A stretch of DNA of 64,000 nt, taken from NCBI GenBank assembly GCA_963804165.1, contig CAWDPO010000020.1:27291-91290 (forward strand), in the 5' to 3' direction. This stretch comes from an uncultured delta proteobacterium. GTDB taxonomy: Bacteria > Desulfobacterota > Binatia > UBA9968. Below are positions 52,829 through 63,980 of this stretch, piece after piece. The notes beneath the pieces were generated by a model that saw nothing but the letters and a program-made list of their open reading frames with translations, was not told the origin of the DNA and made no database searches. Position numbers and translations under genes: made by a program. Numbering within the stretch: the stretch's first letter is position 1; every line of letters starts with the position of its first letter.

Positions 52829-54261
52829 ATGGACCCTCGCACCAACTGGCTGCTGCTCAGCAACGCGGCGCTCGGTAACTTTCTCGCCGGCACCTCGAGC
52901 CGCATCTTTTCCGTGTCGCTGCCGACGGTGGCCAACAGCTTGGAAACCACCATCGTCGGCATTTCGTGGGCGGTGATCGCTTATCAGATTTCGCAGATCA
53001 GTTTGTCTTTGATATTTGGCCGTATCGGCGATATCTACGGCCGCCACACGCTCTTCGGTCTGGGCTTGATCGGTGTCGTCGTTGGCTGCGCTTGCCTGCG
53101 GCTTGTCGCAGAACGTCGCCCAATTGATCTCTTTCGCCTGTATTCCAAGGCGTGGGCGCGTCGATGACGCAGTCCCAGGGGCGCGCGCTCGCGCTCGAAG
53201 CGTTGCCGAAGGAGTCGTCGGGACGCGCGCAAGGATTTATGACCACGGCGTTTCACACCGGCGTGCTGATCGGACCGAGCATCGGCGGCTTGATCATCGA
53301 ATATATTCACTGGCGCGCGATATTTTTCTTTCTCATTCCGATCGCCATGTGCGCGATGGTGCTGACGCTGATCAACCGCAGCAAAGGCAATGTGCCGCAA
53401 CGCAACCGCGTCGACAGGACCGACAGGGTCGTATCGATTATCTCGGCGCGCTGCTGTTGATCGGCGCGACCGTGGCATTGATCGCCTGCGTCGATCATCG
53501 GATCATGGAATCGCTCGGCGCCGTTTTGCGCTGGGCTGTCGATGGCGGCCTTCCTCGTCGTTTTGACCGGGTTTCTCTATCGAGAGCAAACCACCGCCAG
53601 CCCGATCCTCGATCTGTCGCTGTTTCGTATCCGCATGTTCACGCTGAGTAGTTTGGCGCTGCTGCTGGTCGGTGTCGCCCAGGTAATGATCGGTTTCCTT
53701 TTGCCGTTTTATCTACAAGACGTGCTCCATTTAAAGCCGTCGTTCATCGGCCTGCTGTTCGTCAGCGCGCCGATCTTTACCGTTACTCTTTCGCCGCTGG
53801 TCGGCTGGGCGGTGGATAAAGTGGGACCGCGGCTGCCGGCGACGGTCGGCATTATCGTTTCTCGCCGGCGCGGGTTTTTTCGGCTCGTACTTGCGCACCG
53901 ACTCGCATTGGTTTGCGGCAGTGGGCGTGCTTGCGCTTATGGGGCTTGGCCACTGCATTATTTTTTACTTCCAATCATACGGCGATGATTACCTCTGTGC
54001 CGTCGCAGCACCGCGGCGTCGCCACCGGCGCGATTTACGTCATGTTCGGCTTGGGCACCACTTTCGGCGTTTCCCTCGGCACAATGCTTTTGACCGCTGG
54101 CGTTTCGCTACTACAGCGGCGATCCGCTGGCCACGCCGACGGCGGCGAATCCCGAGATATTCGTTCGCGCGATGAATTTTAGTTTTCTCGTCGGCGGATT
54201 TATGGCGCTGGTGGCGATGTGTTGCTCGGCGCTGCGCGGCGAAAGCGCGCGAGTTTCTTAA
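52829..54261 (+). pseudogene. DHA2-like MFS transporter (multiple frameshifts)
   Basis: SLPTVA, GRIGDIYGR, IGPSIGG, WRAIFF, PILDLSLF spread over several frames. Confidence 0.8.
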
Positions 54262-54453
54262 TCGTCGATCGGATGGCTGTATATGCGCCGCCATTCTGGA
54301 CACCACTTGCATGTTGAGGGAATTCCGTGTTTATCGTTTCTGCGAGCAGGGAATTATCAGGTTCCTGAAAAAAGTTCCGAAGCATTCTTTGCCACTTTTT
54401 CAGCATCCAGCTATTCTATTCAACGCTCAGCAAAATCCAGAAAGGATGAAATC

Positions 54454-55071
54454 ATGATTCAGCTTTACACGTGGGGCACGCCCAACGGCAAAAAAGTTTC
54501 GATCATGCTCGAAGAGATCGGCATGCCCTACGAAGTTCATGCGATCAATATCGGCCAGGGGGACCAATTCAAGCCGGAATATCTGGCGATCAATCCGAAC
54601 AACAAGATCCCTTCGATCATCGACACCGACGGTCCGGGCGGCAAGCCGTTCACGCTGTTCGAGTCCGGCGCGATCTTGATGTACCTGGCGGAAAAGTCCG
54701 GCAAGATGTGGCCGGCGGACACGCGCCAGCGCTACCTGGTGATTCAGTGGCTGATGTTTCAGATGGGCGGCGTCGGGCCGATGTTCGGCCAGGCGAACTA
54801 TTTCTACCGACTCGAAGAAAAAGTTCCCTATGCGATCGAGCGCTATCATAAGGAATCACTCAGGCTGTATGGGGTACTGGACAAGGAATTGGCTCAGAGG
54901 GAATATCTGGCTGGCGAATATTCGATCGCCGATATCGCAACCTATACCTGGGTGTGGCGGCATGAAATGCATCACGTGAAATTGGAAGATTTTCCCAACG
55001 TGAAGCGCTGGTTCGATGTCATCTCGCAACGACCCGCGGTTCAGCGCGGGATGGAAATTCCGAAGCGATGA
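54454..55071 (+). CDS. Glutathione S-transferase (YfcG/YghU-like)
   Basis: TPNG, INPNNKIP, LFESGAIL, WLMFQMGGVGPMFGQ, YSIADIA. Confidence 0.93.
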   Translation: MIQLYTWGTPNGKKVSIMLEEIGMPYEVHAINIGQGDQFKPEYLAINPNNKIPSIIDTDGPGGKPFTLFESGAILMYLAEKSGKMWPADTRQRYLVIQWLMFQMGGVGPMFGQANYFYRLEEKVPYAIERYHKESLRLYGVLDKELAQREYLAGEYSIADIATYTWVWRHEMHHVKLEDFPNVKRWFDVISQRPAVQRGMEIPKR

Positions 55072-55216
55072 GCGGCCGGGTGGAACACTATTCTTTTGCT
55101 GGGTCGGTGTGTGACCTTGGCGCCGAGATGTAAATTTTAATATCGTCGTGAGTGCAACGAAGAATCGCGACTTCGCAACAGGACGATGATATACGTCGAC
55201 TGAAAGGAGCCTCGCC

Positions 55217-56603
55217 ATGACCGTCGCAGAAAAACCGCTCTACTATTTGTCGATTCATGAAGCGCAACAACTCATTAAGGACCGCAAACTTTCACCGGTC
55301 GACTTGACCCGCGCCGTTCTTGACCGCATTCAAGCCGTCGATGGCAAGCTGCACGCTTACATTAACTTGATGGCGGATGGCGCGATGCAGGAAGCGCGGG
55401 CCGCTGAGGTGGAGATTGCCAAAGGCAACTGGCGCGGGCCGATGCACGGCATCCCCATCGCGGTGAAAGATCAGCTGGACGTGGCCGGCGCGCCGGCGCG
55501 CATTCGCCAATTCACCCAAGGCGTAGGCGACGCGACGGCTGTGCGCAAACTGCGCGAGGCGGGCGCGATCATGATGGGCAAGCTGCATATGAGCAGCTTG
55601 CCAGATAGCGAACTGCCGTTGCCGCGCAATCCGTGGAACACGGAACATATCACCGGCGGATCGAGCACGGGCTCGGGCGCCGCCGTGGCCGGGGGGCTTT
55701 GTCTCGGCTCACTGGGCGAAGATACCGCGGGCTCGATTCGCAATCCGTCGGCCTTTTGCGGCCTCGCCGGCTTGAAAGCGACCTACGGGCGAGTAAGCCG
55801 GCACGGCTTGGCGCCGCTCAGTTGGTCGCTCGATCATTGCGGGCCGATGGCGCGGGTGGTCGAAGATCTCGCCTACATGCTCAACGCTATCGCCGGGCAT
55901 GATCCCAAAGATCCGACGTCGAGCAGCATGCCGATGACCGATTATACCGACGCGCTGCGCGAAGACGTTAAAGGCATGTCGATCGGCGTGCCGCGCGCGT
56001 ACATCGACGAATGCGCGCCGCGCACGGATCCGATCGTATTGAAACGCGTGGAAGAAGCCATTGGTGAGCTCAAATCGATGGGGGCGCGTATCGAAGAAGT
56101 CAAAATTCCCACGCTGCATCTGGCGACCATCGCTAACGCGGTGATCTACTACAATGAATTTTGGTCAGCCCATAAAAGCGACGCGGCGACGGTATTGAAA
56201 ACCGGCGCGGCGCAGCGGCGCGCGCGGATCTATTTGGGCTTGCTCACGGGTTCGGCGGATTATATTCAGGCGCAGCGTATCCGCAGCCGCTGCCGCGCCG
56301 AGCTTGCCGAGGTTTTCGCCAAAGTAGATTGCCTTGGCGCTGCCGAATCAGGCCGGGCCCGCGCCGCGCGTCAAAGACGTCGGGCCCATCGATACTTTAT
56401 TCAAGCATGTCGTGCCGGAGTATCACGGACCGTTCAATTTAACCGGCCTGCCGACGCTGTCGGTGCCGTGCGGTTTTTCGGATAATCAGTTGCCGATCGC
56501 ACTGCAGCTGGTCGGCAAACCATTTGACGAGTCGACGGTGCTGCGCGCGGGTTATACCTACCAGCAGCATATGAAATGGTTCGAACGGAGACCGGCGATT
56601 TAG
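55217..56603 (+). CDS. Amidase-signature enzyme (one frameshift near 56335)
   Basis: IAVKD, GGSSTGS, DTAGSIRNP; C-terminus NLTGLP.LSVPCGF in the next frame. Confidence 0.85.
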
Positions 56604-56619
56604 GGATGACGAACGTCGG

Positions 56620-56690
56620 TTCAAGGGTTCAAGGTTCAAAGTTCAAAGTTTTCCGGGCAGAAAGAGTTCAAGTCGTTCAAAACGTTCAAG
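56620..56690. repeat. Degenerate GTTCAA(G/A) short tandem repeats (also at about 36576-36605)
   Basis: GTTCAAGG GTTCAAG GTTCAAA GTTCAAA... Confidence 0.6.
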
Positions 56691-56708
56691 GGAAGGAAAA
56701 AAACGATC

Positions 56709-57052
56709 ATGGAGATACAACGAATCAACCCGCGCGAATGGAATTGCAGCGCTGCTGTTTTTGGTGATCTGGTTTTTCTTTCCGGCACGGTCGCCGATGA
56801 CAAATCGCTGGACATGAAAGGGCAGACGGCCGAGGTGCTGAAAAAGATCGACGCCGTTCTCGCCAAGGCGGGCACAAACAAGTCGCGCATCTTGAGCGCG
56901 ACCGTCTACATGGCCGACGCTGGGTTAAAAGACGAGATGAATGCAGCCTGGATGGCGTGGGTCGATCGGTCCAATCTGCCGACCCGTACGGCGGTGGGCG
57001 CCGTGCTCACTCCCGGGACCCCGTCGAGATCACGGTCTGCGCCGCCAAGTGA
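56709..57052 (+). CDS. RidA/YoaB-family protein (frameshift near 57020)
   Basis: VFLSG.VA, QT.EVL.KID..L..AGT, EMNAAW..W; VEITVCAAK* in a shifted frame. Confidence 0.85.
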
Positions 57053-57282
57053 GCGGCGCGATCCCTTCCCTCGCGGAAACTCGCCAATCCTCGGACCGTA
57101 CGCTTCGATCAGCGCTAAATCCCTCTAGCTCGGCGCCTTTAAACCCGACTAGAGCCGGGCTTGCTATTCACCATGTTTTTTACTATGAACTTGACCCCAA
57201 TATCCGAGGCTGTTCACCTATGGCAAAACTGGAAAGGACTATTCGAGAGTCTAAAGGATAACCCGTAGAGGACTGGTAGCAT

Positions 57283-57474
57283 ATGCCCGAACAACTGCTG
57301 ACGCTGGAACAAGTTGCCGAGTATCTCAATGTCGATAAATTCACCGTGTATCGCTTGTTGGCGGATAAAGAACTGCCGGCGTTCAAGGTGGGAAATCAGT
57401 GGCGCTTCAAAAGAAAGATGATTGAGAATTGGCTGATGAAGAACTCCAACGTCAGACGCAAAGATACCCAGTAA
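57283..57474 (+). CDS. Excisionase-like HTH_17 DNA-binding protein
   Basis: LLTLEQVAEYLNV...TVYRL....LPAFKVGNQWRF. Confidence 0.88.
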   Translation: MPEQLLTLEQVAEYLNVDKFTVYRLLADKELPAFKVGNQWRFKRKMIENWLMKNSNVRRKDTQ

Positions 57475-57524
57475 ACCCGCGCACTCTTATCGTTCCAGCT
57501 GTCGAGCACGCGACAAGTTTTTAT

Positions 57525-57911
57525 TCACTCCGCTTCTCTGCACAGCGATTCAATATTGTAACCGTCGGGATCGAGGACGAAGGCGCCATAATAATCGGTG
57601 CTATATTGCGGCCGTAATCCCGGTTCGCCGTTGCTTTGCCCGCCCGCCGCGATAGCGGTGCGATAAAAATCCTCGACCAGCGTCCGTTTGGTAACGAGAA
57701 AAGCGACATGCGTGCTCGCCAGGCTGGGCGTGCCCTGGTAAAGCCATAGGTCGGCGCGCGCCGGCTCGCCGAATCCCGCGCTCGGCGTCGGCCGCGTCGA
57801 CGTCACGCCATACTCACGGAGCATTTCGTAGCCGATGGGTTTGAGCGCTGTGGTGTAAAACTTCTTGCTTCTCTCGATGTCGCTGACTTGCAGGCCGACG
57901 TGGGCGATCAT
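57525..57911 (-). CDS. VOC/glyoxalase-family protein (the nucleotide text may carry a small lesion near 57620)
   Basis: MIAHVGLQVSDIERSKKFY, HVAF, YYGAFVLDPDG.NIE. Confidence 0.85.
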   Translation of the reverse strand: MIAHVGLQVSDIERSKKFYTTALKPIGYEMLREYGVTSTRPTPSAGFGEPARADLWLYQGTPSLASTHVAFLVTKRTLVEDFYRTAIAAGGQSNGEPGLRPQYSTDYYGAFVLDPDGYNIESLCREAE

Positions 57912-58050
57912 GGAGTACCGCTTTTGTTTTTCCCATAATGAGACTGTGTCGCAGTGTGCACGATCATACGGATGTCATGCTGATTAATATGAAAGCGATG
58001 GAATCCACAGCGTCAGTGACTAGACTGGCGGGTGAAGGAGGAAATCGCAA

Positions 58051-59093
58051 ATGGAATACATTGCATTGGATGTTCACAAGCACTACAGCTGGGCGCGAGT
58101 GGAAAACGACAAGGGCGATAAGCTCTATGAGTGCAAACTCGCGCACGTTGGTGGAACCATCGAGAACTTTACCAAGAAGTGGAATCCCGGAACTCCCGTG
58201 GCGGTGGAGACGGTTGGGAACTGGTACTGGGTAGTCGATGAGATCGAAGCTGGAAAAGGGAGTCCGCAACTGGTCAATGCACGCTTGGCCAAGCTGATGA
58301 TCGGCAGCATCAACAAGAGCGATAAGTTGGATGCCAAAGGAATGAACCGTTTGCAGAGGGCAGGAACCCTGCCGACGGTCTGGATTCCCCCGCCGCGGTG
58401 CGCGACGCTCGGGAAATGCCGCGCACCCGCATGGTGTTGAGCGATCAACACACCCAACTCAAGAATCGGATTCACGCCACTATAAGTAAGTACGGCTTTA
58501 AGGTGGACGGAATCAGCGACGCCTTTGGCAAGCAGGGACGACAGATCCTCGAAGGACTGCTGGCTAAACTGCCCCCTCATACCGGCGAAGCGCTGAAGTT
58601 GATGCTTGACGAACTCGATCATGTACAAGCCAATCTCAAGGTCATCGAAGCAAAGATGCAAGCAGCGTTTGCTCCCTGCCCCCAGACGACCTACTTGAAG
58701 AGTGAGCCGGGGGTCGGTGAAATGCTGGCGGTGGTGATTTGGACTGGAATTGGCACCATCGAACGCTTTGGCCGAGCCGAACAGTTGGCGAGCTATGCGG
58801 GACTGGTACCGCGAGAGAACTCCAATGGCGGCAAGATCCGCTACGGGCGGGTGCGCAAAGATGTGAACCTGTATCTCAAGTGGGCCTTCGTCGAGGCGGC
58901 CAACAGCGCGGTGCTCAACCGCGAGCGCTGCCAGTACCGACATATCAGCCGGCTGTATGAAAACGTCAAAGCCAGGCGCGGTCATGGCAAAGCGATTGTG
59001 GCGGTCGCCCGACACTTGGCCGAGGCGGCTTTCTGGGATGCTTAAGAAGGGAGAGTCCTGATCGGGAACCGATGTCGTCCACGCGGGGGCTAA
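58051..59093 (+). pseudogene. IS110 DEDD recombinase, frameshifted
   Basis: YIALDVHK, AVETVG, KSDKLDA; frameshifts near 58390 and 59035; ENSNGG instead of ENSSGG. Confidence 0.9.
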
Positions 59094-59280
59094 GCGCGTT
59101 TCGCTCATGAGCCAAACAAGGCTCGAATGCTGATTGCGACAGCCCTGTGGCATTTTCCTCTGCCGCTTAAGACGGCGAATAGATGAGTCCGATAACATCG
59201 GGTGCGCAGGACTACGGACGATATGAGTAAGTTTGTTCAAAACCTTTGACGGAATATCGATATGTGAATATCAGCCACCT
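59094..59280 (+). ncRNA. Putative bridge/seek RNA region of IS copy 1
   Basis: Conserved with 63794-63980; contains TTCGCTCA, ATGCTGA (target match) and ATAGATGA (donor match). Confidence 0.75.
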
Positions 59281-59301
59281 TGACAAAGCTTTCATAGATG
59301 A

Positions 59302-59372
59302 GCAATGCGAAGCATCTCGCATTTTTCAGGTGTGTCAAAGTCGAGATTCTTCGCCTTCGGCTCAGAATGACA
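59302..59372. repeat. Remainder of the REP doublet interrupted by IS copy 1
   Basis: GCAATGCGAAGCATCTC...GAGATTCTTCGCCTTCGGCTCAGAATGACA. Confidence 0.8.
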
Positions 59373-59514
59373 TTAGAGCGCAGTCTCAAACGGTGGGCGA
59401 AGATGAATTCAGCGTTGAAACGGCGGAGCGGTGGGTGCACAAAGCCGCTGCTTTTGATTTCGTCCAAAACACGTCCAATGGTTCCTTCGCTCAGTAGGCG
59501 CTCGACTGGATTCT

Positions 59515-60504
59515 CTAAATGAACGTAGCGTCGAGGATTGTTTCCGGCTTCAACGTCGAGAGCTTGGGATTGGTTCGCGACAGGATAGAGTAAATCTTTT
59601 GCAAGCCTTCAGGTTTAGGCCTCAAGTCGTTGCTGTAGGCTGCGACCATCGCGTGGTAGCCGGTTTCTGCATCTTCCACGCGGTTAAGCCGGAGATGTTT
59701 AGCCATCGTTTTTAGGACAACCGGTTTGTTTTCCGGTTTTTGAAAGAACCGCAGCGCATCAATGGTTCCCTTGAGCAACGCTTCGTAGGTCTTTGCCTCC
59801 TGATGCGCCGCGGTTTTCCTGACCACCAAGGACGAGCCGACGTAGGGAATCGGCGCCCGGCTTAAATCGAGCAGAAGCGTGTAGCCTTTTTTCTTGAGCG
59901 GCGCGCTGAAGGTCGAGCCCATCCAGGACGCTTGAGCGCGGCCGGTTTCGAGAGCTTGGATGCGCGAGGGCTGATCACCAAGAACGATGAACCGGATGTT
60001 GTCGCGGTCCGAATCGAGGCCGAGGTAATCCAGAGCCAGCATATTGTTCGCCCAACCGCCGCCGCCGATACTTTGAATCGCGACCAATTTACCCTTAAGA
60101 TCCTCGGGCTTTTTGAACTCCGGGCGCGCCATGAAGTCCCCTTCGGGGCGTTGGAACAACGCCCCGATGATCACGACATCCAACCCTCCGGCGGCGAGAT
60201 TCAAAACGGCGTTGGAGCTGGTGAGAACCGCGTTCACATCACCGGAAACCAACGCAGACGCCGCGAGCGATCCAACCCGCATGTAGATGACCTCGACGTT
60301 AAGACCGTGCTTGCGGTAAAAGCCTTGCTCGACACCGACCCAGAGCACCGCCGGATTCTCGCCGCTGGTGCCGTTGGCGATGCGAAAGTTGGTGAGAGTT
60401 TGCGCTGCGGCTGAGCCAGTCAAAATAAAAATGACAAATGCCGTAACTGCCGGCTGAAATCTCTGGTGGAGCCGAGTTCTAATAAAATTGCCAACTGCTT
60501 TCAT
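59515..60504 (-). CDS. NMT1/THI5-like ABC substrate-binding protein (C-terminus may be disrupted)
   Basis: Signal peptide; G.YRKHGLNVE, ALVSGD, DLKGK.VA. Confidence 0.8.
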   Translation of the reverse strand: MKAVGNFIRTRLHQRFQPAVTAFVIFILTGSAAAQTLTNFRIANGTSGENPAVLWVGVEQGFYRKHGLNVEVIYMRVGSLAASALVSGDVNAVLTSSNAVLNLAAGGLDVVIIGALFQRPEGDFMARPEFKKPEDLKGKLVAIQSIGGGGWANNMLALDYLGLDSDRDNIRFIVLGDQPSRIQALETGRAQASWMGSTFSAPLKKKGYTLLLDLSRAPIPYVGSSLVVRKTAAHQEAKTYEALLKGTIDALRFFQKPENKPVVLKTMAKHLRLNRVEDAETGYHAMVAAYSNDLRPKPEGLQKIYSILSRTNPKLSTLKPETILDATFI

Positions 60505-60610
60505 GCGGATCTCCTCGAATGATGTCCCGGTCAATTACGGGCCGGAGCCTAAATCATGACAGCGATGCCTGTCAAAGCGCCGATAATAACCGAGAGAGAA
60601 AAATTGCTCT

Positions 60611-61451
60611 TTATAGCTCCGACCACATCAGCCGGATGCCGACGAACACCAAAGCGAGCGCCAGGCCGCGTATAATCCATTTGCCGCCGACCCGATTGGA
60701 CAGACGCGCGCCCATTTGGGCGCCGAACAAGACGCCGATGGCGAGGATCGCCGTGCGCCGAATGCCATGGGCGAACACGCCATTGGCGACGTGCACGAGA
60801 GTACCGGTCAAGGCCATCACGGCGAGCACGAAGTGGGAAGTGGCGGTGGCGATGTGGACGGGAAAGTTCAACAGTCGAGATAGTGCGGACATGAATAAAC
60901 CCGCCGCCGACGCCCAGAGGCTCGATGCAAAGCCGACGAATATGCTGAGCACGATGCCGATCACCGGATTATACTCGTAGTGATAGCGCACGCCGTCCGC
61001 GTCGACGAAATCGCGAACTGTCCAGCGGCCGGCTTATTGGCAGAAGCGTGCGGACCCGATGGAGCTTGCGCGCGCGCGTGATCGTCTTTGGCCGAGACCC
61101 AAAGAAATGCACCTGTCACGATCATCAAGACGCCAAAGATGAGGTCAAAGGCGTAGCGTGGCACGTACGCGGTGGAAACCGCGCCGAGGACGCCCCGGGA
61201 ATCGTCGCGATTGCGAAGATGATGCCCGACTTGTAATCGACCCGTTTCATCCGGCTGTAGGCCCACGAGCCGGAGAGCGCATTAAAAAAGACCACGGCGA
61301 GCGAGATGCTCGTGATCAGCTCGGTATTTTCATTCGGGTAGACGAGGAGAAGTATGGGAACCAGGATGAAGCCGCCGCCGGCGCCGATCAAAGTTCCGAA
61401 GGCGCCGATCAGTAGACCGAGAGGAAGCAGCCAAAGGGAGTGATAAGGCAT
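60611..61451 (-). pseudogene. TauE/SafE-family membrane protein (frameshifted)
   Basis: GTLIGAGGGFILVP, NALSGS, ATATSHF, GAQMGA in different frames. Confidence 0.82.
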
Positions 61452-61563
61452 GATGCAGCTACAGGCATAAAACTACCTCGGCTTGTGTAATAGGTCGTGT
61501 GTAGCCGATCGAAAACTAGCATGAAAATTTTTCTGAGAAAATAGCCGGCGCGCGGATTTTGCT

Positions 61564-62650
61564 TCAATGAGTCGGCAAACCGTAGAAGCGCTCAGCATTC
61601 CGATAGCGTACGGCGTCCTTATCATCCTGTGTGAGTCGTTTATTTTCCTCCAGCTCTTCGAGCTCCGCTTTGCACGTGTCGTTATTCACTTCGTGGGGAA
61701 AATCTGAGGAGAAGATAAACGGTTTGTTGCCGACGACACTGACGGCGAAGGGTAAATAAGCTCGTCGCCTTCGACACCGACGTAAATCCGATCTTCGTCG
61801 ACATGGCGCTTGATGTAGTCGGTCACGGATTCCTTTTCACGGAGCTTCAAGAAGCGCCCGCGGGGGTCGTGCTGCACGTGGCTATTCCAGGCGCGCTCGA
61901 GACGCTCGATGCAGTTGACGAACCACCCGGCGCCGGCTTCCATGAAGCCGAAACGGACCTTCGGAATTTATCGAAGACACCGTTGAACAGAATGCCGGCG
62001 AAATTGACCATCTGGCCGAAGGGATGGCCGAGCGCATTCACCGGAGCATAGGGTGTCATGTCATCCAAACCCATGTGGTCTGCACGCCGCCGTGGATGCC
62101 GATGCAGCAGGCGAGACGGTTGGCTTCCTCGTAAATCGGCCAGTATTTTTCGTCGCCGAGATGATTCTGCGCGCCCATGACTCCCGTGCTCGGCAGCATG
62201 GCCCCGCAAAGCCCAGCTCTTTGACGATGCGGCGAAGCTCTTTCACCGCTTCCGCCGGATCTTGCAGCGGGATCAGGCCCAAAGCCTGAAAGCGTGAGCT
62301 CTTACTGAGATATTCGTCATGCATCCAGTCGTTATACGCGTGGGCCAGCTCGATCGCCCAGTCCAGGCTGACGATCCGCCCGAACGACAGTCCGTTGGTC
62401 GGATAGAGCACCGCGCTGGCAAGGCCGACGTCTTCCATGAAATCGATCCAGCCCTCGCGGCCGACTCTCGCAAAGGCGCCCGGCGGGAGAAAATGCGCAT
62501 TGGCCGAGTGCAAATGATCGTTGGGCGGATAGGGGCTGCGGCTCGAGCCAATCGGTCGCGATACTGTTCCGGCATGCGCGCCGCGATCGCCGAGTGATCT
62601 TCCACCACGTGGCCGTCGCCGTCGATGATTTTATGGTTCTTGGTGTTCAT
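61564..62650 (-). pseudogene. Amidohydrolase_2-family metalloenzyme (multiple frameshifts)
   Basis: IIDGDGHV, VLYPT, AYNDW, EAGAGW, SSDFPHE, NAERFY across frames. Confidence 0.82.
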
Positions 62651-62752
62651 GGGGTCTTTCCTTCTTCTTTCGAAGTGTCATTCTGATTAATATGAAAGCG
62701 ATGAAATCCGCAGCGTCGGTAGATAGACTGACGGCTGGAGGAGGAAATCGAA

Positions 62753-63793
62753 ATGGAATACGTCGCATTGGATGTTCATAAGCATTACACCTGGGCGCGG
62801 GTAGAAAATGACCAAGGCCAGAAGCTCTTTGAGTGTAAACTGGCGCATAGTCGAGGAACGATTAAGAACTTCACCAACAAGTGGAGTCCGGGAACCCCGA
62901 TGGCGGTCGAGACCGTGGGCAACTGGTACTGGGTAGTCGATGAGATCGAGGCGGGGAAAGGATCGCCGCAACTGGTCAACGCACGACTGGCCAAGCTGAT
63001 GATCGGCAGCGTGAACAAGAGCGACAAGCTCGATGCGAAGGGAATGAATCGTTTGCAGAGAGTCGGAACCCTGCCGACGGTGTGGATTGCGCCGTCTGCG
63101 GTTCGTGATGCCCGCGAGCTGCCGCGCACCCGCATGGTGCTCAGCAAGCAGAGAACCCAGTTCAAGAACCGTATTCACGCCACTCTGGAGAAGTACGGGC
63201 TCAAGGTCGACGGCGTCAGCGACGCCTTTGGCAAGCGGGGCCGACAGATCATCGAAGAGCTTTGCTCCAAGCTGCCACCGCACACCCAACAAGCGCTGCG
63301 ATTGATGCTCGACGAGCTCGACCATGTGCAGGCCAATCTCAAGACCATTGAAGGCCAAATGCGCCAAGCCTTTGCTCCCTGTGCCGAGACGACTTATTTG
63401 CAGAGCGAGCCAGGAGTGGGTGAGATGTTGGCGGTGGTGATCTGGACTGAGATCGGTACGATCGAGCGCTTTGGCCGAGCCGAGCAGCTGACGAGTTACG
63501 CGGGGCTGGTACCCCGGGAGAACTCCAGTGGCGGCAAGGTGCGCTACGGGCGGGTGAGAAAGGATGTGAATCTTTATCTGAAGTGGGCCTTTACCGAAGC
63601 GGCCAATAGCGCGGTGCTCAACCGCGAGCGCTGCGAGTACCGACACGTTGCCCGGCTGTATGAAAATGTCAAAGCCAGACGGGGGCACGGCAAAGCGATT
63701 GTGGCCGTGGCCCGACACTTGGCGGAGGCGAGTTTCTGGATGTTGAAAAAAGGAGAAAGCTATCGCGAACCGATGTCGTCCACGCAGGGCTAA
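62753..63793 (+). CDS. IS110 DEDD recombinase/transposase, intact
   Basis: YVALDVHK, AVETVG, KSDKLDA, YAGLVP.ENSSGG, KAIVAVARHL. Confidence 0.96.
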   Translation: MEYVALDVHKHYTWARVENDQGQKLFECKLAHSRGTIKNFTNKWSPGTPMAVETVGNWYWVVDEIEAGKGSPQLVNARLAKLMIGSVNKSDKLDAKGMNRLQRVGTLPTVWIAPSAVRDARELPRTRMVLSKQRTQFKNRIHATLEKYGLKVDGVSDAFGKRGRQIIEELCSKLPPHTQQALRLMLDELDHVQANLKTIEGQMRQAFAPCAETTYLQSEPGVGEMLAVVIWTEIGTIERFGRAEQLTSYAGLVPRENSSGGKVRYGRVRKDVNLYLKWAFTEAANSAVLNRERCEYRHVARLYENVKARRGHGKAIVAVARHLAEASFWMLKKGESYREPMSSTQG

Positions 63794-63980
63794 GCGCGCG
63801 CGGCTCATGGGTCCACTGAGACCCGAATTCTGATTGCGACAGCCCTGTGGCATTTTTCTCTGCCGCTTTAGACGGCGAATAGATGAGTCCGATAACATCG
63901 GGTACGCTTTGCCACGGACGATAAGTACTGGTGTATTCGAAACCATGAGAAGAAAAAACAATATGTGACTAACAGATACC
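63794..63980 (+). ncRNA. Putative bridge/seek RNA region of IS copy 2
   Basis: CGGCTCA, hairpin GGGTC/GACCC, ATTCTGA (target match), ATAGATGA (donor match). Confidence 0.78.

Larger units (their letters stand above)
57981..59301 (+). mobile_element. IS110-family (IS1111-type) element, copy 1, inserted in a REP
   Basis: TGA core at both junctions; sub-terminal IRs ATGAAAGC/GCTTTCAT; flanks rejoin to GTCATGCTGAGCAATGCGAAGCATCTC. Confidence 0.92.

Noticed and set aside
57283-57474. Excisionase-like gene as evidence of a prophage or ICE
   Set aside because: No integrase, phage genes or att sites nearby; HTH_17 proteins are often stand-alone regulators.
62687-63961. 424-aa and 371-aa (58125-59240) minus-strand ORFs over the IS elements
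   Set aside because: Antisense shadows of the transposase frame with no recognisable motifs.
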